Source of the DNA: Synechococcus sp. PROS-7-1
GTDB lineage: Bacteria; Cyanobacteriota; Cyanobacteriia; PCC-6307; Cyanobiaceae
Assembly (NCBI RefSeq): GCF_014279795.1
Contig: NZ_CP047945.1
Span: 306,572 to 330,571, forward strand
DNA: 24,000 nt
Reading direction: 5' to 3'
The notes under the pieces are model-generated. The model searched no databases. It saw only the letters and a program-made list of their open reading frames with translations, and was not told the origin of the DNA. Shown here one piece after another: positions 7,567 through 17,997 of this stretch. Every line of letters starts with the position of its first letter. Position 1 is the stretch's first letter. Made by a program: the position numbers and the translations under genes.

Positions 7567-9017
7567 ATGGCAACGTCTGTGCCAGCCATGCCAGTGCAAC
7601 GGATCTGCTGCATTGGTGCCGGCTATGTGGGCGGGCCCACCATGGCGGTGATCGCGGATCGCTGCCCCGACATTCAAGTCACCGTGGTGGACATTAACCA
7701 GGCGCGCATCGATGCCTGGAATGACGCCGACCTCAGCAAGCTGCCGGTGTACGAACCTGGCTTGGACGCCGTGGTGGGCCGCGCCCGGGGCCGCAATCTG
7801 CGCTTTTCCACGGCTGTGGATGAGGCCATCGCTGCGGCCGACATGGTGTTCATTTCCGTGAACACCCCCACCAAAACCAAAGGCCTGGGTGCTGGCCAGG
7901 CCAGTGATCTGCGCTGGGTTGAGGCCTGCGCTCGCCAGGTGGCCAAGTCCGCCCAGGGGCACACGATCGTGGTGGAGAAAAGCACCTTGCCGGTGCGCAC
8001 CGCCGAGGCCGTGAAAGCCATCCTGTCGGCAGCGCAGCAATCCGATCACGAAGCTCCCCGCAGTTTTGCGGTGCTGTCCAACCCTGAATTCCTGGCTGAG
8101 GGCACCGCAGTTCGGGATCTTGAATCACCCGATCGCGTGTTGATCGGCGGCGAGCATCCAGAAGCGATTGATGCTCTGGCCTCCGTTTACGGCCATTGGG
8201 TCCCCCAGGAGCGCATCCTGCGCACCAATCTCTGGAGCAGTGAGCTCTCCAAGCTCACGGCCAATGCATTCCTGGCCCAGCGCATCAGTTCGATCAACTC
8301 CGTGGCAGCTCTCTGCGAAGCCACCGGCGCTGATGTGCGTGAGGTGGCCCGGGCGATCGGCACCGACAGTCGCATCGGTCCGAAGTTCCTCAATGCCGGC
8401 CCTGGCTTCGGGGGCAGCTGCTTCCAAAAAGACATTCTCAACCTGGTGTATCTCTGCCGCCATTTCGGCTTGCCGGAGGTGGCCGACTACTGGGAATCGG
8501 TGGTGAACCTGAACAGTTGGCAACAGCACCGCATCGCTCGCACGGTGGTGCAGAAGCTGTTCGGCACCGTGACCGGCAAGCGTCTGGCGATCCTCGGCTT
8601 TGCCTTCAAGGCCGACACCAACGACACCCGCGAAGCTCCTGCCATTCGCATCGCCAAGGATCTGCTGGAAGAAGGGGCGCAGCTGGCCATCCACGACCCG
8701 AAAGTGGAGCCCGAGCAGATCGCCCGCGATCTGGGCCTGCCCGCCAGCGAAGCCCCGGATGCCGAGTCCGGCCCCACCCGCGCTTCCCTTAGCGGCGAAG
8801 GCACCTGGTGGCCGAGCGCGTCTGTGGCCGATGCACTGGAGGGTGCTGATGCCGTGTTGATTCTCACGGAGTGGGACCAGTACCGGCAGCTCGACTGGTC
8901 TGATCTCGCCCCGCGCATGCGTCAGCCCGCCTGGGTGTTCGATGCTCGCTCAGTGGTGTCGCGGGACACGATCCGCGCGGCCGGCTTGCAGCTTTGGCGT
9001 GTGGGAGACGGTGACGC

Positions 9018-9021
<4 letters not shown>
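7567..9021 (+). CDS. ugd: UDP-glucose 6-dehydrogenase (long, eukaryote-like UGDH type)
   Basis: ICCIGAGYVGGPTMAVIA, FISVNTPTK, VVEKSTLPVRTAE, SNPEFLAEGTA and GFGGSCFQKD (catalytic Cys). The ATG at 7567 follows a TTG at 7564. Confidence 0.95.
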
Positions 9022-10051
<1,030 letters not shown>

Positions 10052-10061
<10 letters not shown>

Positions 10062-10483
10062 AAGCGTTTGCCATCAACCCGCTTCTGGCGGTGGCGTCGT
10101 GCGGCGTTGCGGGTGAATTCACTCACTGTTGGGTTGGCGGCAATCGGATCCACATGGGCCACCTGCTGCCAAAGCTCTCGTGGGGCCCAGCGCACCGTGT
10201 GCAACACGCGGTCGTGTTTGGTGATGTGGCACCAGTGCAGGCTGCGGCACAACGGGCAATACAGCTCCTCCAGCCATTCGTTATTGAGAACGAGCACGGG
10301 GTGGGCATTGATGATCAGCTGGGCGCGTTTGGCTGACACGCCCCGTTGTTGCAACTGCTGGGGGTTGAGCAGGTGCAGAAAGTACTTCTTGCCATTGCCC
10401 TCAATGTGCTGTTCCGGGTGCGCTGGGCAGAACAGCTCGCGCTTCTTGGGGCGACGTTGACGTCGTGGTTCGATGCAGACCAT
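10052..10483 (-). CDS. Hypothetical protein, basic termini, Cys/His-rich (possible zinc binder)
   Basis: I trimmed the ORF to the ATG at 10483 (MVCIEPRRQRRPKKRELFCPAHPEQH...CPLCRSLHWCH...). Third-codon positions look strongly G/C, like neighbouring genes. I recognise no family. Confidence 0.6.
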
Positions 10484-10568
10484 CGGGGCCCTTATCCACC
10501 AAAAAAAACTAGGTGAGCAGGCTGCTGGAACACAAGCAAGTAGGCCTGATGATTGCCTGAGTGGAATC

Positions 10569-10600
10569 AAAAAAAAGCCCCCGGCAGTCGTGCCGGAGGC
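10569..10600 (-). terminator. Rho-independent terminator of the psbEFLJ operon
   Basis: The minus strand reads GCCUCCGGCA-cgac-UGCCGGGGGC, a 10-bp stem with one G-U pair and a 4-nt loop, followed directly by U8. It begins 25 nt after the psbJ stop. Confidence 0.85.
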
Positions 10601-10625
10601 TTCAGATCAATCACTTGGTTCACAA

Positions 10626-10826
10626 TCAAGCGGAACCGACACCCGTATAAGAGCCGTAGAAGAAGAGGCCAACGACAAACAACACAGCCATGCCGCCGGC
10701 AGTGGCAACCAGCCAGAGAGGCAGGGTGCCTTCGGTCCAACGGGAACGCCAGGCAACAGCGGGACGACCATCGGGGAGACGATCGGGAATACGGCCGTCA
10801 GGAAGACCTGATTTCTTACCACTCAT
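10626..10826 (-). CDS. psbJ: Photosystem II protein PsbJ
   Basis: 66-aa ORF ending ...[32 protein letters not shown]. It is the last gene of the psbEFLJ order. Confidence 0.93.
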   Translation of the reverse strand: MSGKKSGLPDGRIPDRLPDGRPAVAWRSRWTEGTLPLWLVATAGGMAVLFVVGLFFYGSYTGVGSA

Positions 10827-10837
10827 GATTGGTTTCC

Positions 10838-10957
10838 TCAGTTGAAGAAGTAGCTGGAGAAGAGGATGCCCGTGGTGAACACCACCAACAAGCCCAGATA
10901 GAGGCTTGTGCGGTTCAGTTCAACCGGCAGGTTGTTGGGGTTGGGGTTGCGCTCCAT
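10838..10957 (-). CDS. psbL: Photosystem II protein PsbL
   Basis: Not in the ORF track. Hand translation gives [39 protein letters not shown] followed by a stop. Confidence 0.95.
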   Translation of the reverse strand: MERNPNPNNLPVELNRTSLYLGLLVVFTTGILFSSYFFN

Positions 10958-10975
10958 GGGGATGTCAGGAAGAAA

Positions 10976-11113
10976 TCAACGACGGATGAACTGCATGGCG
11001 GCCAGAGCGCCCAAGAAAAACACGGTGGGAACGCCCAAGGTGTGAACGGCGAGCCAACGCACCGTGAAGATCGGATAGTTGCGCGGCGTGGATGTTGCGG
11101 GGGATTGGGTCAT
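10976..11113 (-). CDS. psbF: Cytochrome b559 beta subunit PsbF
   Basis: Not in the ORF track. Hand translation gives [45 protein letters not shown] followed by a stop. The heme-ligand His sits in RWLAVH. Confidence 0.95.
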   Translation of the reverse strand: MTQSPATSTPRNYPIFTVRWLAVHTLGVPTVFFLGALAAMQFIRR

Positions 11114-11123
11114 GGTTCAGGCT

Positions 11124-11372
11124 TTATTGCAGACGGTCGTCGAGTTGAGACTTGCCCTCGTAGCGCTGGCTCACGACCGGAGCTTTGCTTTCGGTGGCCT
11201 GGAAGTAGGCGTCAGGACGGGGTGTTCCGAAAGCGTCGTAGGCCAGGCCGGTGGACACAAACAGGAAACCCGCCAAAAAGATGGAGGGCAGTGTGATGGC
11301 GTGGATCACCCAGTAGCGGATGCTGGTGATGATCTCGAAAAACGGGCGTTCCCCGGTGGAGCCGGCGGCCAT
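11124..11372 (-). CDS. psbE: Cytochrome b559 alpha subunit PsbE
   Basis: [53 protein letters not shown]... Confidence 0.97.
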   Translation of the reverse strand: MAAGSTGERPFFEIITSIRYWVIHAITLPSIFLAGFLFVSTGLAYDAFGTPRPDAYFQATESKAPVVSQRYEGKSQLDDRLQ

Positions 11373-11408
11373 GACTTCGGGCGTATCAGCTTGGTGATCC
11401 TAGGGGTA

Positions 11409-11435
11409 GGGCTCCGGCCTTCGCGGCCGGGGCCT
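11409..11435 (-). other. GC-rich hairpin between the ycf48 stop and the psbE start
   Basis: CCGGCC-ttcgc-GGCCGG core (11414-11430), extendable to about 11 bp with wobble pairs. No U-tract follows on the minus strand. It may be a partial terminator, a processing site or a stabilising element. Confidence 0.35.
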
Positions 11436-11459
11436 GCCCATGGTTACGAAGCGTTGCCC

Positions 11460-12470
11460 TCAGCTCACTGCCGTCCAGTGCAGCAGCAAGCCACGTTCTC
11501 CGAGCAGGAACGCGTGCTCCTGCCCCTCGCTGTCGTCGAAGACGAAGCGATTGAAATTGGTTGGTGCCTGGCGGCTTTCGGGATCGCGCTCCCAGCTGTC
11601 GCCTCCATCACGGCTCACCAGCAGGGTGCCGTTGCCGCCACCGGCCCAGATGGCACCATCCTTCGACCAGGCCATGTCCATGTAGCCGTAGCCGTTGGTG
11701 ATGGGAATGATTGGCTTGTTCCAGCTCTCGGGGTCCTGAGCGTTGTCATTGAGACGAATCTGAGCGCCCCGGGCCACCATCCACAGGTTTCCATCCGGCT
11801 GGTAACCAATGCTTTGCAGCCTCTGGCTGCTCACGCGCTGGTGCACCTGCCACACCTCCTGTCCTGGAGTCCAGGTGGCGTAGAAGTTGCCCAGGCTGCT
11901 CACACTCACGTAGCCGCCGTCAGCACTGCGGCGCAGGTCGCGCACCGCACCGGCTGCATCACTCACCTCCGCTTCCCAGCTGCCGCCGCCGTCGCGGGTG
12001 CGATACACCGCGCCAACGTTGGTGGCCAGTTCAGCGCTGTCGGGTCCCAGCGCGGTGATCAGGTAAGGCTCGCCAGGAAGCTTGGTGTCAAGGAACAAGC
12101 GGGTCCAGTTCTGGCCGCCATCGGTGGTGTGCATCAGCAGGCCAGGCTGGCCTGCGATCCAGCCGTCGTCTCCCTCAAAAGCAATGCTGAGCAGGCGGAA
12201 GTTCTCCTCATCGGGGAGATCAAGGCTGCGTTCGTTCCAACTGGAACCGCCGTCGTTGGTTTCAAGGATCAAGCGGTTGCTGCCCACAAGAAAGCCGTGA
12301 TCCGCACTGGTGAAGGCCACATCCAGAGGATTGGCGTCGGTGTTGAGATCCACAACCTGCCAGGGACTGCTCGTGGCCACAGGAACACGGGTGGTGACAC
12401 AGCCGCCGAGGCCGAAGCCGATGCAGGCCACCAGCACGAGCTGGATCAGGGGTTTAAGCAGAGAAAACAT
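11460..12470 (-). CDS. ycf48: Photosystem II assembly/stability factor Ycf48 (HCF136 homologue)
   Basis: I trimmed the start to the ATG at 12470 (MFSLLKPL...). It has a lipobox (GFGLGGC) and repeated beta-propeller DGG-x-SW/NW motifs (DGGSSW, DGGQNW, DGGGSW, DGGDSW). Its position between rubA and psbE is the conserved one. Confidence 0.93.
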   Translation of the reverse strand: MFSLLKPLIQLVLVACIGFGLGGCVTTRVPVATSSPWQVVDLNTDANPLDVAFTSADHGFLVGSNRLILETNDGGSSWNERSLDLPDEENFRLLSIAFEGDDGWIAGQPGLLMHTTDGGQNWTRLFLDTKLPGEPYLITALGPDSAELATNVGAVYRTRDGGGSWEAEVSDAAGAVRDLRRSADGGYVSVSSLGNFYATWTPGQEVWQVHQRVSSQRLQSIGYQPDGNLWMVARGAQIRLNDNAQDPESWNKPIIPITNGYGYMDMAWSKDGAIWAGGGNGTLLVSRDGGDSWERDPESRQAPTNFNRFVFDDSEGQEHAFLLGERGLLLHWTAVS

Positions 12471-12501
12471 GCCGGGCACAGAAAACAATGGGGCGGCGCG
12501 A

Positions 12502-12918
12502 TCAACGCAGGGAGTACAGCGAAAGGAAAAAGGCAAAGCCGAGGAGCAGGCCACCGAAGATCAGAACATTCTTCTGTCCCGGGGTCAGGCGATTGACGCC
12601 CAGGCCGTAGTTGAGGTTCTCTTCGAAACCACTGGCCTTGGAGCGGGGGCCGATGTCGCGGAAGGCACCAACCCTGCTGCGGCAAACCGGGCATCGGAAG
12701 CTGGCTGCATCCAGATCTTCAAAGGCGGTGCCACTCGGTATCGCCAGCTTCTTGACCCCCTCGTCGGGGTCGTACACGTAGCCACAGCTGCGGCATTCGA
12801 AGCGGTGGGTGCGCGGATCCGTCGCTTCAGCGAGGGTCTGTTCGGCGGGCGCCTGGGGAGCTTCGGATTCGGCGTCCTCAGCTGCAACGTGGTCTGGGGC
12901 CTGTGATTCGTCGCTCAC
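12502..12918 (-). CDS. rubA: Membrane-anchored rubredoxin RubA
   Basis: CRSCGYVYDP and CPVCRSR rubredoxin knuckles, plus a C-terminal TM helix (NVLIFGGLLLGFAFFLSLY). The in-frame start is the GTG at 12918; see the finding on the 10-nt duplication. Confidence 0.9.
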   Translation of the reverse strand: MSDESQAPDHVAAEDAESEAPQAPAEQTLAEATDPRTHRFECRSCGYVYDPDEGVKKLAIPSGTAFEDLDAASFRCPVCRSRVGAFRDIGPRSKASGFEENLNYGLGVNRLTPGQKNVLIFGGLLLGFAFFLSLYSLR

Positions 12919-12928
12919 CGTCGCTCAT
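12909..12928 (-). repeat. 10-nt tandem duplication spanning the rubA start (minus strand ATGAGCGACG|GTGAGCGACG)
   Basis: The plus strand reads cgtcgctcac (12909-12918) then cgtcgctcat (12919-12928), identical at 9 of 10 positions. Confidence 0.9.
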
Positions 12929-13018
12929 CCGGGCTCTATCACTCTATCGGCGTGATCACGGCAAACGTCAGATGGCGCCTGCAAATGCCAGACTGACCCG
13001 CAGATCGGAGCCCATTGG

Positions 13019-13381
13019 ATGTTTGTGCTTCCGGGATACGACGCCTTCCTCGGCTTTCTGCTGATCGCAGCAGCCGTTCCTGTGCTGGCGTTGGTGACCA
13101 ACAAACTGCTGGCGCCTCGAAGTCAGGCCGGAGAGCGACAGCTCACCTACGAATCCGGAATGGAGCCGATCGGCGGTGCCTGGATTCAGTTCAATATCCG
13201 CTACTACATGTTCGCGCTGGTCTTCGTGATCTTCGACGTGGAGACCGTGTTCCTATATCCCTGGGCAGTGGCCTTCCATCGCCTGGGCTTGCTGGCGTTC
13301 ATCGAAGCTCTGATTTTTATCGCCATCCTTGTGGTGGCTCTCGCCTACGCCTGGCGCAAGGGCGCTCTGGAGTGGAGCTGA
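13019..13381 (+). CDS. ndhC: NAD(P)H-quinone oxidoreductase subunit 3 (NdhC)
   Basis: [25 protein letters not shown]...YESGMEPIG...[13 protein letters not shown]. Confidence 0.95.
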   Translation: MFVLPGYDAFLGFLLIAAAVPVLALVTNKLLAPRSQAGERQLTYESGMEPIGGAWIQFNIRYYMFALVFVIFDVETVFLYPWAVAFHRLGLLAFIEALIFIAILVVALAYAWRKGALEWS

Positions 13382-13385
13382 CCCC

Positions 13386-14159
13386 ATGACCTCATCCACT
13401 GATCGTTCTGCCATGGCCGGAGACTCCCCTTCCATTCAGGCGCTGCGCGATCTGCGCGAGGCCAGCTGCAGTCCCGTTGCTGGTGCTGCTGACGGCGTCC
13501 CCACGGTGACCCAGGACCTGAGTGAGAACGTGATCCTCACGAGCCTCGACGATCTCCACAACTGGGCCCGCTTGAGCAGCCTCTGGCCGCTTCTCTACGG
13601 CACAGCTTGCTGCTTCATTGAATTTGCGGCATTGCTTGGGTCTCGTTTCGATTTCGACCGTTTCGGGCTTGTGCCCCGCAGCTCGCCGCGCCAAGCCGAC
13701 CTGCTCATCGTGGCCGGCACGGTGACGATGAAAATGGCTCCTGCCCTGGTGAGGCTCTACGAACAGATGCCTGAGCCGAAGTATGTGATTGCCATGGGCG
13801 CCTGCACCATCACCGGTGGAATGTTCAGTGCCGATTCCACAACGGCGGTGCGTGGCGTTGACAAGCTCATCCCCGTGGATCTCTACATGCCGGGTTGCCC
13901 CCCTCGCCCGGAAGCGATCTTTGATGCGGTGATCAAACTCAGAAAGAAGGTGGCCAACGAATCCGTCGCCGATCGTCGTCAGCTGAAGCAAACCCATCGG
14001 TATTGCACCGTTGAGCATGCGATGACCCCAGTGGAACCCATCGTGACGGGTGCCTATCTCCGTGCTGAAACCCAAGTGGCTGCGCTCCAGCCTGGCGCTG
14101 GCTTGCCCATGCCTGCCCTGGAAACCGCGGACGCTGTTCAAACCTCTGAGCCCTCATGA
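13386..14159 (+). CDS. ndhK: NAD(P)H-quinone oxidoreductase subunit K (NdhK)
   Basis: I trimmed the start to the ATG at 13386. Contains [45 protein letters not shown] and GCPPRPE, the Fe-S ligand motifs. Confidence 0.95.
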   Translation: MTSSTDRSAMAGDSPSIQALRDLREASCSPVAGAADGVPTVTQDLSENVILTSLDDLHNWARLSSLWPLLYGTACCFIEFAALLGSRFDFDRFGLVPRSSPRQADLLIVAGTVTMKMAPALVRLYEQMPEPKYVIAMGACTITGGMFSADSTTAVRGVDKLIPVDLYMPGCPPRPEAIFDAVIKLRKKVANESVADRRQLKQTHRYCTVEHAMTPVEPIVTGAYLRAETQVAALQPGAGLPMPALETADAVQTSEPS

Positions 14160-14704
14160 GCACCACTCCTGACAAGCAAGTGACTGATGACGCTCCTGTG
14201 GCCGTGGCCCCTGAGCCTGGCCCTGTCAGCCAATGGCTCAGCCAGCAGGGCTTCGAGCATGAGCTGCTCGAGCCCGATCATGTGGGCGTTGAGCAGATCG
14301 CTGTCGAGGCCCTGTTTCTGCCGGTGATCGCCGCGGCACTCAAGAGCCATGGGTTTGACTATCTGCAGTGCCAGGGCGGCTACGACGAAGGCCCCGGCGA
14401 GCGGCTGGTGTGCTTCTACCACCTGCTGGCCATGGCAGAAGTCACCGAAGGTGGCGCCGACCAGGTGCGTGAAGTGCGCTTGAAAGTGTTCTTGTCCCGA
14501 GACGGGCAGCCCAGCGTTCCCAGCCTCTACGGGCTGTTCCGAGGTGCCGACTGGCAGGAGAGGGAGACCTTCGACATGTTTGGCATTCAGTTCGAAGGCC
14601 ATCCCCATCCCAAGCGCCTGCTCATGCCGGAAGACTGGACCGGCTGGCCCCTGCGCAAGGATTACGTCCAACCTGATTTCTACGAAATGCAGGACGCCTA
14701 TTGA
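14156..14704 (+). CDS. ndhJ: NAD(P)H-quinone oxidoreductase subunit J (NdhJ)
   Basis: The ATGA overlaps the ndhK stop. Contains [16 protein letters not shown]...[31 protein letters not shown]. Confidence 0.95.
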   Translation: MSTTPDKQVTDDAPVAVAPEPGPVSQWLSQQGFEHELLEPDHVGVEQIAVEALFLPVIAAALKSHGFDYLQCQGGYDEGPGERLVCFYHLLAMAEVTEGGADQVREVRLKVFLSRDGQPSVPSLYGLFRGADWQERETFDMFGIQFEGHPHPKRLLMPEDWTGWPLRKDYVQPDFYEMQDAY

Positions 14705-16158
14705 TGAGCGGCTTGCTGGCTGGCTGAGCTCTGAAGATCTCTCTTGTGTTTGCGGTAATAGCGCATCACAGCCAGAGCCAAGGAGCGTGGATCGTGACGC
14801 AGGGTGGCCGTGGGTCTGCTGCCCTGAAGAGGGGCTTCCATCACTTCATATCCTTCGGCCATCAACTGCCGCCTGTTGCAAACAACAGGGTCAGCGCCTC
14901 TGGATCGGTAGTGAGCAATCAAAGGAGAATCCGCGATCGCTTCCTGAGCCAGCACGGCGTCGAACAGCCGCTGATTGATGCCGAGTGAGGCCAATTGCGC
15001 TTCGATCGCCCGCAGGTGGCCGCTCACATCGAGCCCATCGGTTTCGCCGGGCTGGGTCATCAGATTGCAGATGTAGAGCCTTGGAGCACGGCTGCGTTGA
15101 ATCGCTGTCACCAGTTCGGGCACCAGCAGATTCGGAAGCAGTGATGTGTACAGGCTCCCGGGGCCCAGCAGGATCAGATCTGCCTGGGAAATAGCCTCCA
15201 GAGCTCTCGGGAGAGCCGGTGGTCGCTCCGGCAAACAACCCAGACGCACGATCGGGCTCGGCGCCTTGCCGATGGCGGATTCCCCTTCGATGCGGCGCCC
15301 GTCCTCCAGTTCTGCCCACAGCCGGACATCGGCATTGGTGGCCGGTACCACCTGGCCCTGCACGGCCAGCACGCGGCTCGAGGCGGTGATCGCCGTTTCG
15401 AGATTGCCTGTAATCGCTGTCAGTGCCGAGAGAAAGAGATTGCCGAAGCTGTGGCCTTCCAGTCCTGTTCCCGAGGAGAAGCGGTATTGAAACAGGCGCG
15501 TCAGCAGTGGTTCTTCAGTGGAGAGTGCAGCCAAGCAATTGCGGATGTCGCCCGGTGGTTGCACCCCAAGCTCGCGGCGCAGCACACCGCTGCTGCCTCC
15601 GTCGTCGGCCACCGTGACGATGGCGGTGATGTGGCTGCTGTAGCGCTTCAAACCGCTGAGCAGAGTGGACAACCCAGTGCCACCGCCGATGGCCACGATG
15701 TTGGGTCCCCGGTTCAGCCGGCTCTTAGCGCGCAGAGCGTCCACCAGAACGGTGTCTTTTTCAGGAGCGAGAGCCTGCTGGATCGAACCGAAGCTGCGGC
15801 TCTGGCCCCAAAGAAGCAGGCCGATCCCCACGAGCAGCACGAGCGGACCGGTGATTCCACGGGGCATCACGCGCGTGATCCAGCCAAGGGCTTCCTGGAT
15901 GGCCCAGAGTGTCCAGTAAATCGGCTGAAGGTCGGCCCAAACGGCCGCACCGAGCAGGGCTAGCACCAGTCCGATGCCCGAGGTGAGCAGCCAACGCTTC
16001 ACCACCAGCCCGGGCTGCAGCCAGCGCATGGCACGCCGGGAGCGCAGCATCAAATCGCGCTGCCGCTCCGCCTGCATCGCGCGGATGCGTTGACGGTTTC
16101 CGCGGCGTGGAGGACTGGTCAAGTGCGATCCGAAGCGAGGGGTTCGCATCCCTTGCAA
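14698..16158 (-). CDS. YvcK/CofD-family (UPF0052, gluconeogenesis-factor-like) protein with an N-terminal membrane region
   Basis: [18 protein letters not shown] and [28 protein letters not shown], preceded by two TM helices. The start is uncertain: in-frame ATGs lie at 16158, 16077, 16050 and 16029. Confidence 0.85.
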   Translation of the reverse strand: MQGMRTPRFGSHLTSPPRRGNRQRIRAMQAERQRDLMLRSRRAMRWLQPGLVVKRWLLTSGIGLVLALLGAAVWADLQPIYWTLWAIQEALGWITRVMPRGITGPLVLLVGIGLLLWGQSRSFGSIQQALAPEKDTVLVDALRAKSRLNRGPNIVAIGGGTGLSTLLSGLKRYSSHITAIVTVADDGGSSGVLRRELGVQPPGDIRNCLAALSTEEPLLTRLFQYRFSSGTGLEGHSFGNLFLSALTAITGNLETAITASSRVLAVQGQVVPATNADVRLWAELEDGRRIEGESAIGKAPSPIVRLGCLPERPPALPRALEAISQADLILLGPGSLYTSLLPNLLVPELVTAIQRSRAPRLYICNLMTQPGETDGLDVSGHLRAIEAQLASLGINQRLFDAVLAQEAIADSPLIAHYRSRGADPVVCNRRQLMAEGYEVMEAPLQGSRPTATLRHDPRSLALAVMRYYRKHKRDLQSSASQQAAHQ

Positions 16159-16244
16159 TCAGCAAACTCTACGGAAGCTGGCCCCAATGGCCATCCCCCC
16201 ATGGCAAACGCGGCAGGATGGTTTGAGATGTCAAGCGGCCCCCT

Positions 16245-17054
16245 ATGAGCCGGCCGAGCGCCACCCCAGCAACAACGCAGACGCCCGTGGTGGAGTTGCG
16301 CGACCTCACCATGCAATGGGGCCCTCGGCCCGTGCTCGATCGTGTGTCGCTCACGATGAAACCTGGCGAGCGGATTGCCGTTGTCGGCCCCTCCGGTGCC
16401 GGTAAGTCAACGGTGTTGCGCTTGCTTGCTGGTCTGCAGCTGCCAACGGCTGGTGAACTGCGCCTCTTCGGTGAACCGCAGACCTACCTGCGCCTCGACC
16501 AGCGTCGACCTCAGGATGTGCGACTGGTGTTTCAGAACCCAGCCCTGCTGGCCTCTCTCACGGTGGAGGAAAACGTCGGGTTTCTGCTGACACGCCTGGG
16601 TCGCCTGAAGCCAGCTCAGATCCGAGAACGGGTGAAGCAGTGCCTGGAAGCCGTCGGGCTTCATGAAGTGGCCGACAAGTACCCAGGCCAGCTGAGTGGC
16701 GGCATGCAGAAACGGGTGAGCTTCGCTCGGGCTTTGATCGATGATCCCGACCGTGAAGAGGGTGCGATGCCTCTTCTCCTTTACGACGAGCCCACAGCTG
16801 GCCTGGATCCGGTGGCGTCCACTCGGATTGAAGACCTCATTGTGAAAACCACCACCGTGGCGCGCGGCTGCTCGGTGGTGGTGAGTCACGTTCACAGCAC
16901 GATCGAGCGCTCCGCTGAACGGATCGTGATGTTGTACGGCGGGCGCTTTCAGTGGGATGGAACCGTCGAGGAGTACCGCAATTCAGACAATCCTTACGTT
17001 GTTCAGTTCAGGACGGGTAATCTGCGCGGGCCGATGCAACCCTCCGACCATTAA
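16245..17054 (+). CDS. ABC transporter ATP-binding protein, MlaF/TGD3-like
   Basis: Walker A GPSGAGKST, signature LSGGMQKRV, Walker B LLLYDEPTAGLD. An MCE-domain gene follows immediately. Confidence 0.9.
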   Translation: MSRPSATPATTQTPVVELRDLTMQWGPRPVLDRVSLTMKPGERIAVVGPSGAGKSTVLRLLAGLQLPTAGELRLFGEPQTYLRLDQRRPQDVRLVFQNPALLASLTVEENVGFLLTRLGRLKPAQIRERVKQCLEAVGLHEVADKYPGQLSGGMQKRVSFARALIDDPDREEGAMPLLLYDEPTAGLDPVASTRIEDLIVKTTTVARGCSVVVSHVHSTIERSAERIVMLYGGRFQWDGTVEEYRNSDNPYVVQFRTGNLRGPMQPSDH

Positions 17055-17057
17055 TTC

Positions 17058-17987
17058 ATGCGCCGTAGTGTCCGCGAAGCCCTTGTCGGTTTTTCGCTCG
17101 TTGGAGCGATCGCCGGATTTGCCGGCACCATGCTTTGGCTTAGGGGGGTGCGTTTGGGCTCAGAAACCTGGACGGTTCAGGCGGATTTCCAGAATGCCAG
17201 TGGTCTGGCTGATCGCTCGCCTGTCACCTTCAGGGGAATCACTGTGGGGACGGTGCGAGCGATTGAAGTCACCCCCATGGCTGTTCGGGCCACCATTGAA
17301 ATCAACCAGGACAACCTCAGGCTTCCCTTGCCAGTGACGGCCACTGTCTCTTCGGCCTCTCTGCTCGGGGGAGATTCTCAGGTGGAGCTCATCACCACAG
17401 GACGTCCGGTGCCCAAAAACGCGCCATCGCCGAAAGCGGGGAACTGCAAAAACAGTGGTGTGCTGTGCGCGGGTGCCACGATTCCCGGTCAGTCGGGAGC
17501 CAGCCTCACATCCGTGACCACCAGTTTGGAGCAGCTGCTCGATCAGGCACAGAAGTCCAACCTGATCCCCCAGCTTGTGGAGTCCACCAAACAGTTTGGA
17601 ACGACCAGTGAGGACGCTTCCAAATTTCTCGACACTGCTGACGTGGCAGCCCAAAACGTGGATGCTCTCGTGCAACAACTGCGCGCTGAGGTGTCCCGTG
17701 CCCAGCCCACGATCGACAATCTCAACCGGGCCACTGCCGAAGCGGCGTCTGCCGCGGCCAGCATCAATAACCTCGCCAAGGCGTTTGATAACCCTGAAAC
17801 GGTGGGTGATCTCAAGCAGACCGTCACCAACGCCAGGAAGCTGACGGCCCGCATTGATGCGGTGGGCGGAGACATCGAACAACTCACCGATGATCGCCAG
17901 TTCATGCAAGGCCTCCGCAGCGTGATGATCGGCCTCGGCGCCTTCTTTGATGAGGTGTACCCGGCCAAGACGGGCACATCGAACTAG
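17058..17987 (+). CDS. MlaD/MCE-domain (TGD2-like) substrate-binding protein
   Basis: N-terminal TM helix, an MCE core (ADFQNASGLADRSPVTFRGITVGTVRAIEV) and a long helical C-terminus. Confidence 0.85.
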   Translation: MRRSVREALVGFSLVGAIAGFAGTMLWLRGVRLGSETWTVQADFQNASGLADRSPVTFRGITVGTVRAIEVTPMAVRATIEINQDNLRLPLPVTATVSSASLLGGDSQVELITTGRPVPKNAPSPKAGNCKNSGVLCAGATIPGQSGASLTSVTTSLEQLLDQAQKSNLIPQLVESTKQFGTTSEDASKFLDTADVAAQNVDALVQQLRAEVSRAQPTIDNLNRATAEAASAAASINNLAKAFDNPETVGDLKQTVTNARKLTARIDAVGGDIEQLTDDRQFMQGLRSVMIGLGAFFDEVYPAKTGTSN

Positions 17988-17997
17988 CGGATCAGGT

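Noticed and set aside
10491-10560. Possible second terminator: a U8 tract on the minus strand (plus-strand A8 at 10501-10508)
   Set aside because: No stable stem precedes the U-tract. The real terminator hairpin with its own U8 is at 10569-10600.
13015-13389. 124-aa alternative-frame ORF overlapping ndhC
   Set aside because: The 13019 frame gives a textbook NdhC sequence. The other frame is Arg/Ser-rich noise.
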